In this document: piece after piece, positions 50,119 to 61,232 of the stretch
How the letters are laid out: every line of letters begins with the position of its first letter
How positions within the stretch are numbered: the first letter of the stretch is position 1
Sequence record: MK373775.1
Origin: Escherichia phage vB_EcoM_WFK
Strand: one strand, 5' to 3'
DNA: 64,000 bases
Notes under the pieces: generated by a model
Seen by the model: the letters and a program-made list of their open reading frames with translations, nothing else
Told to the model about the DNA's origin: nothing
Databases searched by the model: none
Program-made: the position numbers and the translations under genes

Positions 50119-53100
50119 ATGGTTGACATCAAACGTAAGTTCAGGGCCGAAGATGGTCTTGATGCAGGCGGTGATAAGATAGTTAACGTTGCGCTTGCCG
50201 ACCGCACAGTTGGCACCGATGGCGTGAACGTTGACTTTTTGGTGCAAGAAAACACCGTACAGAATTATGACGATACGCGCGCGTATACAAAAGATTTTAT
50301 TGTTCTTTATAATAATCGTTTTTATCAAGCTTTAAGCGATATTCCAGCTCCGGCAGGCCCTTTCTCTTTGGTTAAATGGAAGGCAACTCGTGCAGATGCA
50401 GAATGGATTACAGTTCAAGGCGGAGATTTCCAATTATCAGTAGGTAACTCTATTGCGGTTGATACTTCAGCTGGCACTGATATTAATTTCACTTTGCCTC
50501 AAAATCCTTTAGATGGCGATACAGTTATTTTGTCTGATATTGGCGGTAGAGTAGGCTATGTAAAAGTTCAAATTACGGCAGAGGCTCAAAGTATTGTAAA
50601 CTTTAGAGGACAACAGGTTCGTTCAGTTTTAATGACGCACCCAAAATCTAAAATGGTCTTCATTTTTAGCAACCGCCTATGGCAAATGTATGTTTCTGAT
50701 TACGAACGTAATGCAGTCACAGTAACTCCTGCTACGCCATATCAAGCACAACCTAATGATTTTATCATTCGACGTTTTACATCAGCCGCTCCTATTAATA
50801 TTACATTGCCTCGTAATGCTAATAATGGCGATATTATTAATTTAGTGGATTTAGACAAATTAAACCCATTATATCACACAATTGTCAAAACTTACGATGA
50901 TACAACTTCTATACGAGAAGCTGGTGTTCATGTAGCAGAAGGACGTAATTTTGCTGATGCTCTTTTTATTTTTGATGCAGCATCTAGTTTGTGGAGAGTT
51001 TGGGAAGGTGACCAGAAATCTCGTTTACGTATAGTTCGTAATGATACTGATTTACGCCCTAATGAAGAAGTTCTTGTTTTTGGAACTGATAATAATACAA
51101 TCTCGACGGTAAATCTTACTTTGCCTACAGATATTTTGTCTGGCGATACTGTTAAAATATCGTTGAATTATATGCGTAAAGGGCAAACTGTAAAAATTAA
51201 AGCTGCTGAAGGCGATACAATTGCTAGCAGTATTTCTTTATTACAGTTCCCAAAACGTTCGGAGTATCCACCTGATGCACAATGGGTTTCTGTTAGTGAG
51301 CTGGAATTTAATGGCGATACTTCGTATGTACCTGTACTTGAGTTAGCTTATATAGAAGATTATTCATCTGAAACAAAATATTGGGTAGTTCAACAAAACA
51401 CTGTAACCGTCGAACGAGTCGATGCATCGAGCAATACAACTCGAGCTCGTTTAGGTGTTATTGCTCTTGCTTCTCAAGCGCAAGCAAATGTTGATTTAGA
51501 AAATGCTCCTGGTAAAGAACTGGCTATTACTCCGGAAACATTAGCAAATCGTACAGCAACTGAAACTCGTCGTGGTATTGCTCGTATTGCAACAACTGCA
51601 CAAGTTAACCAGAATACCGATTTTGCATTCCAAGACGACTTGATTATTTCTCCTAAGAAATTGAACGAACGTACAGCAACTGAAACCCGTAGAGGTGTTG
51701 CTGAAGTTGCAACTCAGGCTGAAACTAATGCTGGAACAGATGATACCACTATTATTACTCCTAAGAAATTGGATGCCCGTCAAGGTTCTGAAGTTTTATC
51801 TGGTATTGTAAAATACACATCTACGACTGGTACTACAGCTGCTACTATTCGTGGTAATGCTGGGACTAACGTTTATAACAAAGCCGTAGATAATTTAACT
51901 ATTTCTCCAAAGGCCCTTGACCAATATAAAGCTACCCCTACTCAGCAGGGTGCAGTAATTCTTGCTATTGAAAGCGAAGTTATCGCTGGCGAATCACAAG
52001 CTGGTTGGGCTAATGCTGTAGTGACCCCTGAAACTCTGCATAAGAAAACTTCTACTGATGGACGTATTGGTTTAATTGAAATTGCTACGCAAGCAGAAAC
52101 TAACACTGGAACTGATTATACTAGAGCAGTAACGCCTAAGACGTTAAATGATAGGAAAGCTACGGAAGGATTATCTGGCATAGCCGAAATTGCTACGCAA
52201 GTTGAATTTGATACTGGAACTGACGATACTCGTATCTCGTCTCCACTGAAAATTAAAACTCATTTTGATTCTTCTGACCGTACCAGTGTTAATTCTGATT
52301 CCGGACTTATTGAAGAAGGAACCTTGTGGAACCATTATACTCTTGATATTTCTAAAGCAAATGAAACACAACGTGGTACACTTCGTGTAGCGACCCAAGC
52401 TGAATCTAATGCAGGAACTTTAGATGACGTTCTTATTACTCCTAAAAAGCTTTTAGGGACTAAGTCCACTGAAACGTCTGAAGGCGTAATTAAGGTTGCT
52501 ACTCAGGCTGAAACTGTAACAGGAACTTCTGCTAATACTGCTGTATCTCCTAAGAATTTAAAATGGATTGTTCAATCAGAACCATCATGGACTGCTACTA
52601 CGGCAATTCGTGGATTCGTTAAAACTTCATCTGGTTCTATTACATTTGTTGGTAATGATACAGTTGGTTCAACACAATCTTTAGAATCATATGAGAAAAA
52701 TAGCTATGCGGTATCACCATATGAATTAAACCGTGTACTTGCTAACTACTTACCGTTGAAAGCTAAAGCAGCTGATAGTAATTTGTTAGATGGTCTAGAT
52801 TCTCTTCAGTTCATCCGTAGAGACATCGACCAGACGGTTAATGGTTCTTTAAGTCTTACTAAACAGACCAACCTGAGTGCTCCTTTAGTATCTACAAGCA
52901 CTGCTTCTTTTGGTTCCGAAGCATCTGTTACTCGTAGATTAACTCTTAATGACTCTAGCGGTTCCGAAATATTTTTCACTAAAGGAACCCAATCTCTTAG
53001 TAATAAAGAGAATTTCGTTGTTAGAGCATGGGGCAATAGCGCTACAGATGGTGCCCGTGATACAGTATTTGAAGCGGGTGACGAAACCGGATACCATTTC

Positions 53101-53769
53101 TATTCTCAGCGCGCTGCTGATAATAAAGTATCATTTAATATTAATGGAACACTTTATTCAACAGGTATTGTTTCTACAAATGGATTAAATGTTACAGGTG
53201 TTTCTACCTTTACAGGGCCTATTAGTGCTACAGGCGAAATTGTTTCTAGTTCTCCTATTGCATTCAGAGCTATTAATGGTAACTATGGTGTTATGCTTTA
53301 TAATGCTGGTAACAGTTCTTATATTGCATTAACTAACTCAGGTGACCAGACCGGGACGTTTAATAACTTACGCCCGATCACGATTAACAACGCCACAGGC
53401 TTAGTTCGTCTTGACAATGGTGTTCAAATCACGAGTGGTGCAACAATAACTACCGGTGGGTTAACTGTAAATAACAGAATTATTTCTAACGGCGTTAAAA
53501 CCGCCACTGTTTATACCGATAAACCAACAGCTTCTACTGTAGGTTTTTGGTCTATTGACATTAACGATTCTGCTGTATATAGCCAATTCCCTGGATACTG
53601 GACGCGTGATAACAAAGGTAACCGTGACCAAGAAATTAAATATCCTGGTACTTTGACTCAATTCGGCAATAGCTTAGATTCGCTTTATCAGGATTGGATT
53701 TGTTATCCTACAGGTGCAAATGGCGGTAGCATTCGATATACTCGTACCCTGTCTCTTATACACATCTGA
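50119..53769 (+). CDS. 34: long tail fibre proximal subunit gp34, artificially truncated by embedded adapter sequence
   Basis: 1216-codon ORF whose last 7 codons (LSLIHI stop) are read from adapter sequence; late promoter upstream. Confidence 0.85.
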   Translation: MVDIKRKFRAEDGLDAGGDKIVNVALADRTVGTDGVNVDFLVQENTVQNYDDTRAYTKDFIVLYNNRFYQALSDIPAPAGPFSLVKWKATRADAEWITVQGGDFQLSVGNSIAVDTSAGTDINFTLPQNPLDGDTVILSDIGGRVGYVKVQITAEAQSIVNFRGQQVRSVLMTHPKSKMVFIFSNRLWQMYVSDYERNAVTVTPATPYQAQPNDFIIRRFTSAAPINITLPRNANNGDIINLVDLDKLNPLYHTIVKTYDDTTSIREAGVHVAEGRNFADALFIFDAASSLWRVWEGDQKSRLRIVRNDTDLRPNEEVLVFGTDNNTISTVNLTLPTDILSGDTVKISLNYMRKGQTVKIKAAEGDTIASSISLLQFPKRSEYPPDAQWVSVSELEFNGDTSYVPVLELAYIEDYSSETKYWVVQQNTVTVERVDASSNTTRARLGVIALASQAQANVDLENAPGKELAITPETLANRTATETRRGIARIATTAQVNQNTDFAFQDDLIISPKKLNERTATETRRGVAEVATQAETNAGTDDTTIITPKKLDARQGSEVLSGIVKYTSTTGTTAATIRGNAGTNVYNKAVDNLTISPKALDQYKATPTQQGAVILAIESEVIAGESQAGWANAVVTPETLHKKTSTDGRIGLIEIATQAETNTGTDYTRAVTPKTLNDRKATEGLSGIAEIATQVEFDTGTDDTRISSPLKIKTHFDSSDRTSVNSDSGLIEEGTLWNHYTLDISKANETQRGTLRVATQAESNAGTLDDVLITPKKLLGTKSTETSEGVIKVATQAETVTGTSANTAVSPKNLKWIVQSEPSWTATTAIRGFVKTSSGSITFVGNDTVGSTQSLESYEKNSYAVSPYELNRVLANYLPLKAKAADSNLLDGLDSLQFIRRDIDQTVNGSLSLTKQTNLSAPLVSTSTASFGSEASVTRRLTLNDSSGSEIFFTKGTQSLSNKENFVVRAWGNSATDGARDTVFEAGDETGYHFYSQRAADNKVSFNINGTLYSTGIVSTNGLNVTGVSTFTGPISATGEIVSSSPIAFRAINGNYGVMLYNAGNSSYIALTNSGDQTGTFNNLRPITINNATGLVRLDNGVQITSGATITTGGLTVNNRIISNGVKTATVYTDKPTASTVGFWSIDINDSAVYSQFPGYWTRDNKGNRDQEIKYPGTLTQFGNSLDSLYQDWICYPTGANGGSIRYTRTLSLIHI

Positions 53770-54061
53770 CGCTGCCGACGACCGATCTAGTGTAGATCCC
53801 GCTGGTCGCCGTATCATTAAAAAAAAAAAAGGGTATGAAGCGGTCACACTAAATATAACTTCGGCTGAAACAGATCATAAGCTGCATACGATCGAACGTT
53901 GTCACAGAACGTAGTGGTGTACGTAGTATCAAAACTCGAAGCTACCACCACAACAACCTGCGCGACTAGTACACAGAACCACCTGCAAGACACGGACGAG
54001 CGTAGTTTGGATTTGTTATCCTACAGGTGCAAATGGCGGTAGCATTCGATATACTCGTACC
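53749..54061. other. sequencing-library artefact: Nextera adapter + index + P5 reverse complement, poly-A, junk, 55-bp duplicated flank
   Basis: 53749-53781 is exactly CTGTCTCTTATACACATCTGACGCTGCCGACGA; 53790-53818 resembles P5 reverse complement; 54007-54061 repeats 53694-53748. Confidence 0.9.
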
Positions 54062-54265
54062 TGGCAGAAAAATAAAGATGCTTGGACTTCATTTGCAATG
54101 GTATTTGATAGTGGCAACCCACCTTCACCTAGCGATGTCGGTGCTATCCCATCTGATAATGCTGTTATTGGAAACCTTACTATTCGAGACTTCTTACAAT
54201 TAGGAAATGTGAGAATTGTTCCAGACCCGGTTAACAAAACAGTTAAATTTATATGGGTTGAATAA
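54062..54265 (+). CDS. 34: gp34 C-terminal 67 codons, in frame with gp34 once 53749-54061 is removed
   Basis: Joining 53748 to 54062 gives continuous frame ..IRYTRT-WQKNKDAW.. ending TAA at 54263-54265. Confidence 0.7.
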   Translation, partial: WQKNKDAWTSFAMVFDSGNPPSPSDVGAIPSDNAVIGNLTIRDFLQLGNVRIVPDPVNKTVKFIWVE

Positions 54266-54273
54266 GAGGTTAT

Positions 54274-55398
54274 ATGGAAAAATTTATGGCAAGGTTTGGA
54301 CAGGGATACGTCCAAACGCCGTTTTTATCGGAAAGCAATTCAGTTAGATTTAAGCTAAGTATAGCGGGTTCATGCCCGCTTTCAACAACTAATCCGTATA
54401 TTTTATTCCAAAATGAGCCTTTAGGGTTGCAGTCTTTTGGTATTGGACTAAATGTTAGGGTGATAAATCCGGAAAATGGAACTATAGTTGATAGTAAATT
54501 ATACAATTTTGCGCCTACAAATAATGCAACTTCAGCTGCATTTATTTCGTTTGTTAATACATACGCAGATAATTTCATTTTCGCATTTATTTCCAATAAC
54601 AAATTTAATTTGCCACCAGAAATAATTGAATGGTTTAAAGCTGCTGGGAGTTCAGTTATACCGTCAATTGAAGTTGCTAGTCTTGTTGATATTTCATATT
54701 CAGCGTTTTATGTTTCAGGTAAAAATACTATTGCATTAGAACACATAAAATACAGTAATAAGAAAACAATTTCTGATTACGCAACTCCATTAGATATTGT
54801 ATATGACTCTATTGCTGATATAGGTGCTACCGGCTATCCTAGACGTACATATGAAGCTCTAGAAACGTTTTTATCTCCTGTTGGAGGAACTAACAATGAA
54901 ATAAAAAGGATGCCTACATCATCCCTTGTTACTCCTATCGCAAACTATGGATTAAAGCCTACAGATTTTCTTTATTTGAAATTTCAATTAATGGCTGATG
55001 AAGCATTACTAGAGGAAGGAACCGCAAGACTTTCAATTCGTTTCTTTAAGACTCCATCTAGCTCTCCTATATCATCTAAAGATATAAACTTTGATGGAAC
55101 TGCTGGTGAATGGAAGTTATACGAAGAATATGTTGAAATACCAGCCGAAGCCGATGGCTTTACGGTATATTGTTACCGTACGGCCCCAGTCGGTCAAGGT
55201 GGACTAAGAAATGTTATTTTCACTGAAGTATCATGTAACGGAAGTATAGCAAAACCTGCTGAGTTTGGTATAAACGGTATTCGTGTTAATTACATTGATG
55301 AATCATTAACCGGTAATGATATAATGGACTTGCCTACTCAGTTATCTAACGACACAGGTAAGGTATTTGGGCAGGAATTTAAAGAGTACACAGAATAA
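54274..55398 (+). CDS. 35: long tail fibre hinge connector gp35
   Basis: 374 aa; synteny 34-35-36-37. Confidence 0.85.
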   Translation: MEKFMARFGQGYVQTPFLSESNSVRFKLSIAGSCPLSTTNPYILFQNEPLGLQSFGIGLNVRVINPENGTIVDSKLYNFAPTNNATSAAFISFVNTYADNFIFAFISNNKFNLPPEIIEWFKAAGSSVIPSIEVASLVDISYSAFYVSGKNTIALEHIKYSNKKTISDYATPLDIVYDSIADIGATGYPRRTYEALETFLSPVGGTNNEIKRMPTSSLVTPIANYGLKPTDFLYLKFQLMADEALLEEGTARLSIRFFKTPSSSPISSKDINFDGTAGEWKLYEEYVEIPAEADGFTVYCYRTAPVGQGGLRNVIFTEVSCNGSIAKPAEFGINGIRVNYIDESLTGNDIMDLPTQLSNDTGKVFGQEFKEYTE

Positions 55399-55419
55399 AG
55401 GAGACTTCGGTCTCCTTTT
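55399..55419 (+). terminator. terminator after gene 35
   Basis: AGGAGAC-ttcg-GTCTCCT followed by TTT. Confidence 0.6.
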
Positions 55420-55423
55420 CGCG

Positions 55424-55431
55424 TATAAATA
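55424..55431 (+). promoter_or_regulatory. late promoter TATAAATA (gene 36)
   Basis: Exact TATAAATA 27 nt upstream of ATG. Confidence 0.65.
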
Positions 55432-55457
55432 CTTTAATATTAATAAGGAGACACGAA

Positions 55458-56114
55458 ATGGCCGATTTAAAAGCCGGAAGTACAGTTGGTGGTTCCGTCA
55501 TATGGCATCAAGGCAATTTTCCTTTAATGCCAGCTGGCGATGACATCCTATATAAAACATTTAAATTATACACCGAATATAACAAGCCAAAAGCGGCTGA
55601 TAACGATTTCGTATCTAAAGCAAATGGTGGGACATATCTCAAAAAGGTAATCTTTAACGAAGGTGTTGCAGTCAAAACAGCAGATGACCAAACGAATGGC
55701 ATTTTTTCTGGCGGTGGTGACGCCGCGACATTCGACCAAACAAACATGGATATTGTTTCGTGGTATGGTATTGGGTTTAAATCATCTCAAGGTACAGGTG
55801 AAAGAACTGTTGTAATTGATACTCGCACCGGTAATATAAGTTCTAAAGGCGTTATTGAAGCATCTCAATTCAGAGCCACAACGTTAGCACCTTTAAATAA
55901 TTACGACCTTACTCGCAAAGATTATGTTGATAGTCAAATAAATACAGTTAATGCTAATGCAAACAGTCGTGTACTCCGTTCAGGAGATACGATGACCGGC
56001 GCGCTAACCGCCCCAAACTTTTTCTCACAGAATCCTGCATCTCAACCCTCGCATGTTCCACGATTTGACCAAATTGTTATTAAGGATTCTGTTCAAGATT
56101 TCGGCTATTATTAA
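55458..56114 (+). CDS. 36: long tail fibre distal connector gp36
   Basis: 218 aa; late promoter upstream. Confidence 0.85.
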   Translation: MADLKAGSTVGGSVIWHQGNFPLMPAGDDILYKTFKLYTEYNKPKAADNDFVSKANGGTYLKKVIFNEGVAVKTADDQTNGIFSGGGDAATFDQTNMDIVSWYGIGFKSSQGTGERTVVIDTRTGNISSKGVIEASQFRATTLAPLNNYDLTRKDYVDSQINTVNANANSRVLRSGDTMTGALTAPNFFSQNPASQPSHVPRFDQIVIKDSVQDFGYY

Positions 56115-56122
56115 GAGGACTT

Positions 56123-59100
56123 ATGGCTACTTTAAAACAAATACAATTTAAAAGAAGCAAAACTGCAGGAGCACGTCCTGCCGCTTCAGTATTAGCCGAA
56201 GGTGAATTGGCTATAAACTTAAAAGACCGTGTACTTTTTACTAAAGATGACCAAGGAAATATTATTGATCTGGGTTTTGCTAAAGGTGGTAGTATTGACG
56301 GGAATGTTATTCATACTGGCAATTATAACCAAACTGGCGATTATACTTTAAATGGCACCTTCACTCAGACAGGTAATTTTAATTTAACCGGTATTGCTCG
56401 AGTAACACGTGATATTATTGCCGCTGGGCAGATTACGACTGAAGGCGGAGAACTTATTACAAAAAGTTCAGGTACAGCACATGTTCGTTTTCATGATTCG
56501 GCTGATCGTGAACGTGGCATTATTTATTCACCGGCTAATGATGGATTAACTACGCAAGTAGTTAATATCCGCGTTAAAGACTACGCCGCTGGTGATGAAA
56601 GCACCTATGCATTTTCGGGCAGTGGACTATTTACTTCACCTGAAGTATCAGCATGGAAATCTATGTCAACTCCTCAGATTTTGACAAATAGAGTTATTAC
56701 TAATAATAAATCTACGAGCGATTATGACATTTATTCTATGGCAGACAACGTTCCATTGTCTGAAAGCACTACTGCTATTAATCATCTCCGTGTTATGCGC
56801 AATGCTGTAGGCGCTGGTGTATTCCATGAAGTTAAAGATAATGATGGAATAACTTGGTATACTGGAGATGGCTTAGACACTTATCTTTGGTCGTTTACCT
56901 GGTCCGGTGGATTGAAAGCAGGCCATTCTATTTCTGTTGGTACTCCTGGTGGCAATAAAGGATACTCTGAATTAGGGACTGCTTCAATTTCTCTTGGTGA
57001 TAATGATACTGGATTTAAATGGCATCAGGATGGATATTTCCATACAGTAAACAACGGAACAAGAACTTTCATTTACGGTCCTGCGGAAACACAAAGCCTT
57101 AGAAAAATGGTTATGGGTTATTCTCCGGATGGTGTTCTTATGACAACGCCACCGACAGAAAACTATGCTTTGGCTACTGTTGTTACTTACCATGATAATA
57201 ATGCATACGGCGATGGTCAAACACTTTTAGGATATTATCAAGGTGGTAATTACCACCACTATTTCCGTGGTAAAGGCACTACAAATATTAACACTGCAGG
57301 CGGATTGTTAGTTACTCCAGGCAATATTGACGTTATTGGTGGTTCTGTTAATATCGATGGTAGAAATAATTCTTCTACGCTGATGTTTAGAGGTAACACA
57401 ACAGGATACAGCTCAGTTGATAATATGGATATTAAAGTTTGGGGTAATACGTTTGTTGATCCAAGCGGAGGTATCCGTAAAAACATTATGGAAATTTCTG
57501 ATGCAACTAGCTGGATGAGCTATATTCAAAGACTTACTACTGGCGAAGTAGAAATGAACGTTAATGGTTCATTTGAATCATCTGGTGTTACTGCTGGAGA
57601 TAGAGGAGTTCACACAACAGGTGAAATTTCATCTGGAGCAGTGAATGCTCTTCGTATTTGGAACGCAGATTATGGAGCCATTTTTAGACGTTCAGAAGGA
57701 AGTCTTCATATTATTCCAACTGCTTATGGCGAAGGCAAAGATGGCGATATTGGTCCACTTCGCCCGTTTAGTATGGCTTTAGATACCGGTAAAGTTACTA
57801 TTCCAGATTTACAATCAAGTTACAATACGTTTGCTGCTAACGGTTATATTAAATTTGTTGGTCATGGAGCGGGTGCCGGCGGTTATGACATTCAATATGC
57901 TCAAGCGGCTCCTATTTTCCAGGAAATTGATGATGATGCTGTAAGCAAATATTATCCTATTGTTAAACAGAAGTTTTTAAATGGTAAAGCTGTTTGGTCT
58001 TTAGGTACTGAAATTAGTTCAGGTACATTCGTTATTCATCATCTGAAAGAAGATGGTTCACAAGGCCATACGTCTCGTTTTAATCAAGACGGTACTGTTA
58101 ACTTCCCAGATAACGTTTCTGTCGGCGGCGGTGAAGCTACTATTGCTCGCAATGGTAATATCTGGTCTGATATCTGGAAAACGTTTACTTCAGCAGGCGA
58201 CGTAACTAATATTCGCGATGCAATAGCTACTCGTGTTGCTAAAGAAGGTGATACGATGACCGGTAGGTTGACTTTATCTGCTGGAAATGATGCCCTTGTT
58301 TTAACTGCAGGCACGGGCGCTTCATCGCACATCCGTAGTGATGTAGGTGGTACAAATAATTGGTTTATAGGCAAAGGCGGCGGTGACAATAGTATAAGTT
58401 TTTACAGTTACATTACACAAGGCGGTGTAAACATAACAAATAACGGCGAAATAGCGCTTTCTCCTCAAGGACAAGGAACATTTAATTTTAATAGAGACCG
58501 CCTTCATATAAACGGTACACAATGGACCGCACACCAGGCTGGCGATTGGGGAAATCAATGGCGCCAGGAAGCTCCTGTATTTGTGGATTTTGGTAATGTC
58601 GGTAATGATAGTTATTATCCTATTATTAAAGGAAAATCTGGTATTACTAATGAAGGGTATATATCTGGTGTAGATTTTGGTATGCGACGCATTCCTAATA
58701 ACTGGGCACAAGGTATTATTCGTGTAGGTAATCAGGAAAACGGTTCCGACCCACAAGCTATCTTCGAATTCCACCATAATGGAAACATGTACGTTCCTGA
58801 CATGGTTAAAGCTGGAGTAAGAATATCAGCTGGTGGAGGTGACCCTGCATGGACAGGCGCATGTGTTGTTATTGGTGATAATGACACCGGATTAGTTCAT
58901 GGTGGTGACGGCCGAATCAATATGGTTGCCAATGGTATACATATTGCAAACTGGGGAGCAGGCTATCAATCTCATCCTGGGCTTTGGGATTCAACCGGTG
59001 CTTTTTGGACAGAAGTTGGAAGAGCTATCGTTTCTCATGGGCATCTCGTTCAGGCAAATGATAGTTATTCAACGTTTGTCCGTGATGTTTATGTCCGTTC

Positions 59101-59434
59101 TGATATTCGTGTTAAAAAAGACCTTGTTAAATTTGAAAATGCTTCTGAGAAGCTTTCAAAAATTAATGGTTACACTTATATGCAGAAGCGAGGCCTAGAT
59201 GAAGAAGGTAATCAAAAATGGGAACCTAATGCCGGTTTAATTGCCCAAGAAGTTCAAGCTATTTTACCTGAATTAGTTGAAGGCGATCAGGATAGTGAAG
59301 CTTTACTTCGTTTGAACTATAACGGTGTAATTGGTTTAAATACAGCTGCAATCAATGAGCATACTGCAGAAATTGCAGAACTTAAATCAGAAATTGAAGA
59401 ACTTAAAGCATTAGTTAAATCATTGTTAAAATAA
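56123..59434 (+). CDS. 37: long tail fibre distal subunit gp37 with C-terminal intramolecular chaperone domain
   Basis: 1103 aa; C-terminal ~111 aa begins SDIRVKK and ends in coiled-coil. Confidence 0.88.
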   Translation: MATLKQIQFKRSKTAGARPAASVLAEGELAINLKDRVLFTKDDQGNIIDLGFAKGGSIDGNVIHTGNYNQTGDYTLNGTFTQTGNFNLTGIARVTRDIIAAGQITTEGGELITKSSGTAHVRFHDSADRERGIIYSPANDGLTTQVVNIRVKDYAAGDESTYAFSGSGLFTSPEVSAWKSMSTPQILTNRVITNNKSTSDYDIYSMADNVPLSESTTAINHLRVMRNAVGAGVFHEVKDNDGITWYTGDGLDTYLWSFTWSGGLKAGHSISVGTPGGNKGYSELGTASISLGDNDTGFKWHQDGYFHTVNNGTRTFIYGPAETQSLRKMVMGYSPDGVLMTTPPTENYALATVVTYHDNNAYGDGQTLLGYYQGGNYHHYFRGKGTTNINTAGGLLVTPGNIDVIGGSVNIDGRNNSSTLMFRGNTTGYSSVDNMDIKVWGNTFVDPSGGIRKNIMEISDATSWMSYIQRLTTGEVEMNVNGSFESSGVTAGDRGVHTTGEISSGAVNALRIWNADYGAIFRRSEGSLHIIPTAYGEGKDGDIGPLRPFSMALDTGKVTIPDLQSSYNTFAANGYIKFVGHGAGAGGYDIQYAQAAPIFQEIDDDAVSKYYPIVKQKFLNGKAVWSLGTEISSGTFVIHHLKEDGSQGHTSRFNQDGTVNFPDNVSVGGGEATIARNGNIWSDIWKTFTSAGDVTNIRDAIATRVAKEGDTMTGRLTLSAGNDALVLTAGTGASSHIRSDVGGTNNWFIGKGGGDNSISFYSYITQGGVNITNNGEIALSPQGQGTFNFNRDRLHINGTQWTAHQAGDWGNQWRQEAPVFVDFGNVGNDSYYPIIKGKSGITNEGYISGVDFGMRRIPNNWAQGIIRVGNQENGSDPQAIFEFHHNGNMYVPDMVKAGVRISAGGGDPAWTGACVVIGDNDTGLVHGGDGRINMVANGIHIANWGAGYQSHPGLWDSTGAFWTEVGRAIVSHGHLVQANDSYSTFVRDVYVRSDIRVKKDLVKFENASEKLSKINGYTYMQKRGLDEEGNQKWEPNAGLIAQEVQAILPELVEGDQDSEALLRLNYNGVIGLNTAAINEHTAEIAELKSEIEELKALVKSLLK

Positions 59435-59439
59435 TAAGA

Positions 59440-59453
59440 GGGGCTTCGGCCCC
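59440..59453 (+). terminator. stem-loop between genes 37 and 38
   Basis: GGGGC-ttcg-GCCCC directly before gp38 RBS. Confidence 0.5.
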
Positions 59454-59465
59454 TTGGAGGTTTAT

Positions 59466-60260
59466 ATGGCAGTAACAGGACCGTGGGTAGGATCGTCTGC
59501 AGTAGTTAATACAGGACAAAATTGGATGGGCGGCGCGGCCCAACGATTAAGAATGGGTGCTCCATTTTGGATGAGTAATATGATAGGTCGATCTGTTGAA
59601 GTAATTCACACGCTTGGAGCAGACCATAACTTCAATGGTCAATGGTTCCGAGATAGATGTTTTGAGGCAGGTAGTGCACCTATAGTGTTTAATATTACTG
59701 GAGATTTAGTATCATATTCTAGAGATGTGCCACTTTTCTTTATGTATGGGGATACGCCTAATGAATATGTTGTTCTTAATATTCATGGTGGTGTTCATAT
59801 GTGGGGTCGTGGTGGTAATGGTGGATACACTCACTCAGGAGGCGACGGTAACGGTACACAAGGCGGTCATGTTATTCAAAATGATATCGGTGGACGGCTT
59901 CGTATTTGGAACTACGGTGTTATAGCTGCTGGTGGTGGCGGTGGTGGTGGTATTGCATATCGTCCACACTCAGGGGCAAACTGGCAAGATATCGGTGGCG
60001 GTGGTGGTCGACCTTTCGGTGGCGCTGGCGGCGGCGGCTATTCTGGCGGTGGAGCTTCTTATGAAGGTCCGGGTGGTGGATATAACTATGGTAACGCTCA
60101 CTCTGGGCAGGGTGGCAATGCTGGTGCAGCCGGACAAAACGCGTGGTCTGACGGCGGTAAAGTTCTAAAAGTTGGAGCAGGTGGTGCGTCTGGTCATGCA
60201 GTGTTTGGATCTTCTCCAACTTGGGGTGCTGTTGGAACAATTTACGGACCAAGAGTATAA
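59466..60260 (+). CDS. 38: T2-type receptor-binding adhesin gp38 with glycine-rich motifs
   Basis: Start at ATG with GGAGG RBS (ORF-track TTG is inside hairpin); conserved N-terminus; poly-Gly tracts. Confidence 0.85.
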   Translation: MAVTGPWVGSSAVVNTGQNWMGGAAQRLRMGAPFWMSNMIGRSVEVIHTLGADHNFNGQWFRDRCFEAGSAPIVFNITGDLVSYSRDVPLFFMYGDTPNEYVVLNIHGGVHMWGRGGNGGYTHSGGDGNGTQGGHVIQNDIGGRLRIWNYGVIAAGGGGGGGIAYRPHSGANWQDIGGGGGRPFGGAGGGGYSGGGASYEGPGGGYNYGNAHSGQGGNAGAAGQNAWSDGGKVLKVGAGGASGHAVFGSSPTWGAVGTIYGPRV

Positions 60261-60290
60261 TTTGAATAAATATCCTTAAAAGGAGGGTCT

Positions 60291-60947
60291 ATGGCAGCAC
60301 CTAGAATATCATTTTCGCCCTCTGATATTCTGTTGGGTGTTCTAGATCGCTTGTTCAAAGATAATGCTACCGGGAAAGTTCTTGCTTCCCGGGTAGCTGT
60401 CGTAATTCTTTTGTTTATAATGGCGATTGTTTGGTATAGGGGAGATAGTTTCTTTGAGTACTATAAGCAATCAAAGTATGAAACATACCGTGAAATTATT
60501 GAAAAGGAAAGAAATGCACGCTTTGAATCTGTCGCCCTGGAACAACTCCAGATAGTTCATATATCATCTGAGGCAGACTTTAGTGCGGTGTATTCTTTCC
60601 GCCCTAAAAACTTAAACTATTTTGTTAATATTATAGCATACGAAGGAAAATTACCTTCAACAATAAGTGAAAAATCACTTGGAGGATATCCTGTTGATAA
60701 AACTATGGATGAATATACAGTTCATTTAAATGGACGTCATTATTATTCCAACTCAAAATTTGCTTTTTTACCAACTAAAAAGCCTACTCCCGAAATAAAC
60801 TACATGTACAGTTGTCCATATTTTAATTTGGATAATATCTATGCTGGAACAATAACTATGTACTGGTATAGAAATGATCATATAAGTAATGACCGCCTTG
60901 AATCAATATGTGCTCAGGCGGCCAGAATATTAGGAAGGGCTAAATAA
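60291..60947 (+). CDS. t: holin t
   Basis: 218 aa, same as T4 holin; single N-terminal transmembrane segment. Confidence 0.9.
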   Translation: MAAPRISFSPSDILLGVLDRLFKDNATGKVLASRVAVVILLFIMAIVWYRGDSFFEYYKQSKYETYREIIEKERNARFESVALEQLQIVHISSEADFSAVYSFRPKNLNYFVNIIAYEGKLPSTISEKSLGGYPVDKTMDEYTVHLNGRHYYSNSKFAFLPTKKPTPEINYMYSCPYFNLDNIYAGTITMYWYRNDHISNDRLESICAQAARILGRAK

Positions 60948-61220
60948 TTATTTGTTCGTATACATCTCTAGATATCGATATACACTCTCAAACCCCTCGT
61001 TGAATTCGTCGATGAGGGTTTTCTTATCTTCTTGAGTTAATTCAGAAACAATTTTACGGAATGAATTCTGATTTAATTTTCTACCTTCATGCGTTACTCC
61101 AATCTCATTCAGAAATGCAATAAAATTAGCACGATTTTCAACAATATCTTCTCTGGAAAATTTAATCAAAATAGATGCAACAGTAATAATTTCACGAACT
61201 GTATCAATGTTTTTATTCAT
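60948..61220 (-). CDS. asiA: anti-sigma-70 protein AsiA
   Basis: 90 aa, same as T4 AsiA; convergent with t. Confidence 0.88.
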   Translation of the reverse strand: MNKNIDTVREIITVASILIKFSREDIVENRANFIAFLNEIGVTHEGRKLNQNSFRKIVSELTQEDKKTLIDEFNEGFESVYRYLEMYTNK

Positions 61221-61232
61221 TAACTATACCAC

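Noticed and set aside
53819-53830. 12-nt poly-A tract considered as slippery site or polyadenylation-like signal
   Set aside because: It directly follows the P5 adapter reverse complement, which is typical of read-through past the end of a library fragment; artefact.
53714-53914. 66-aa plus-strand ORF spanning the end of gene 34
   Set aside because: Its sequence (…LLYTSDAADDRSSVDPAGRRIIKKKK…) is translated from the Nextera adapter, P5 primer and poly-A artefact; not a gene.
59920-60252. GGT/GGC-rich repeat region with antisense ORFs rich in His, Gln and Arg; considered as tandem repeat or CRISPR-like array
   Set aside because: It is the coding sequence for the poly-glycine tracts of gp38; the antisense ORFs (59920-60252 minus, 59932-60168 plus) are shadows.
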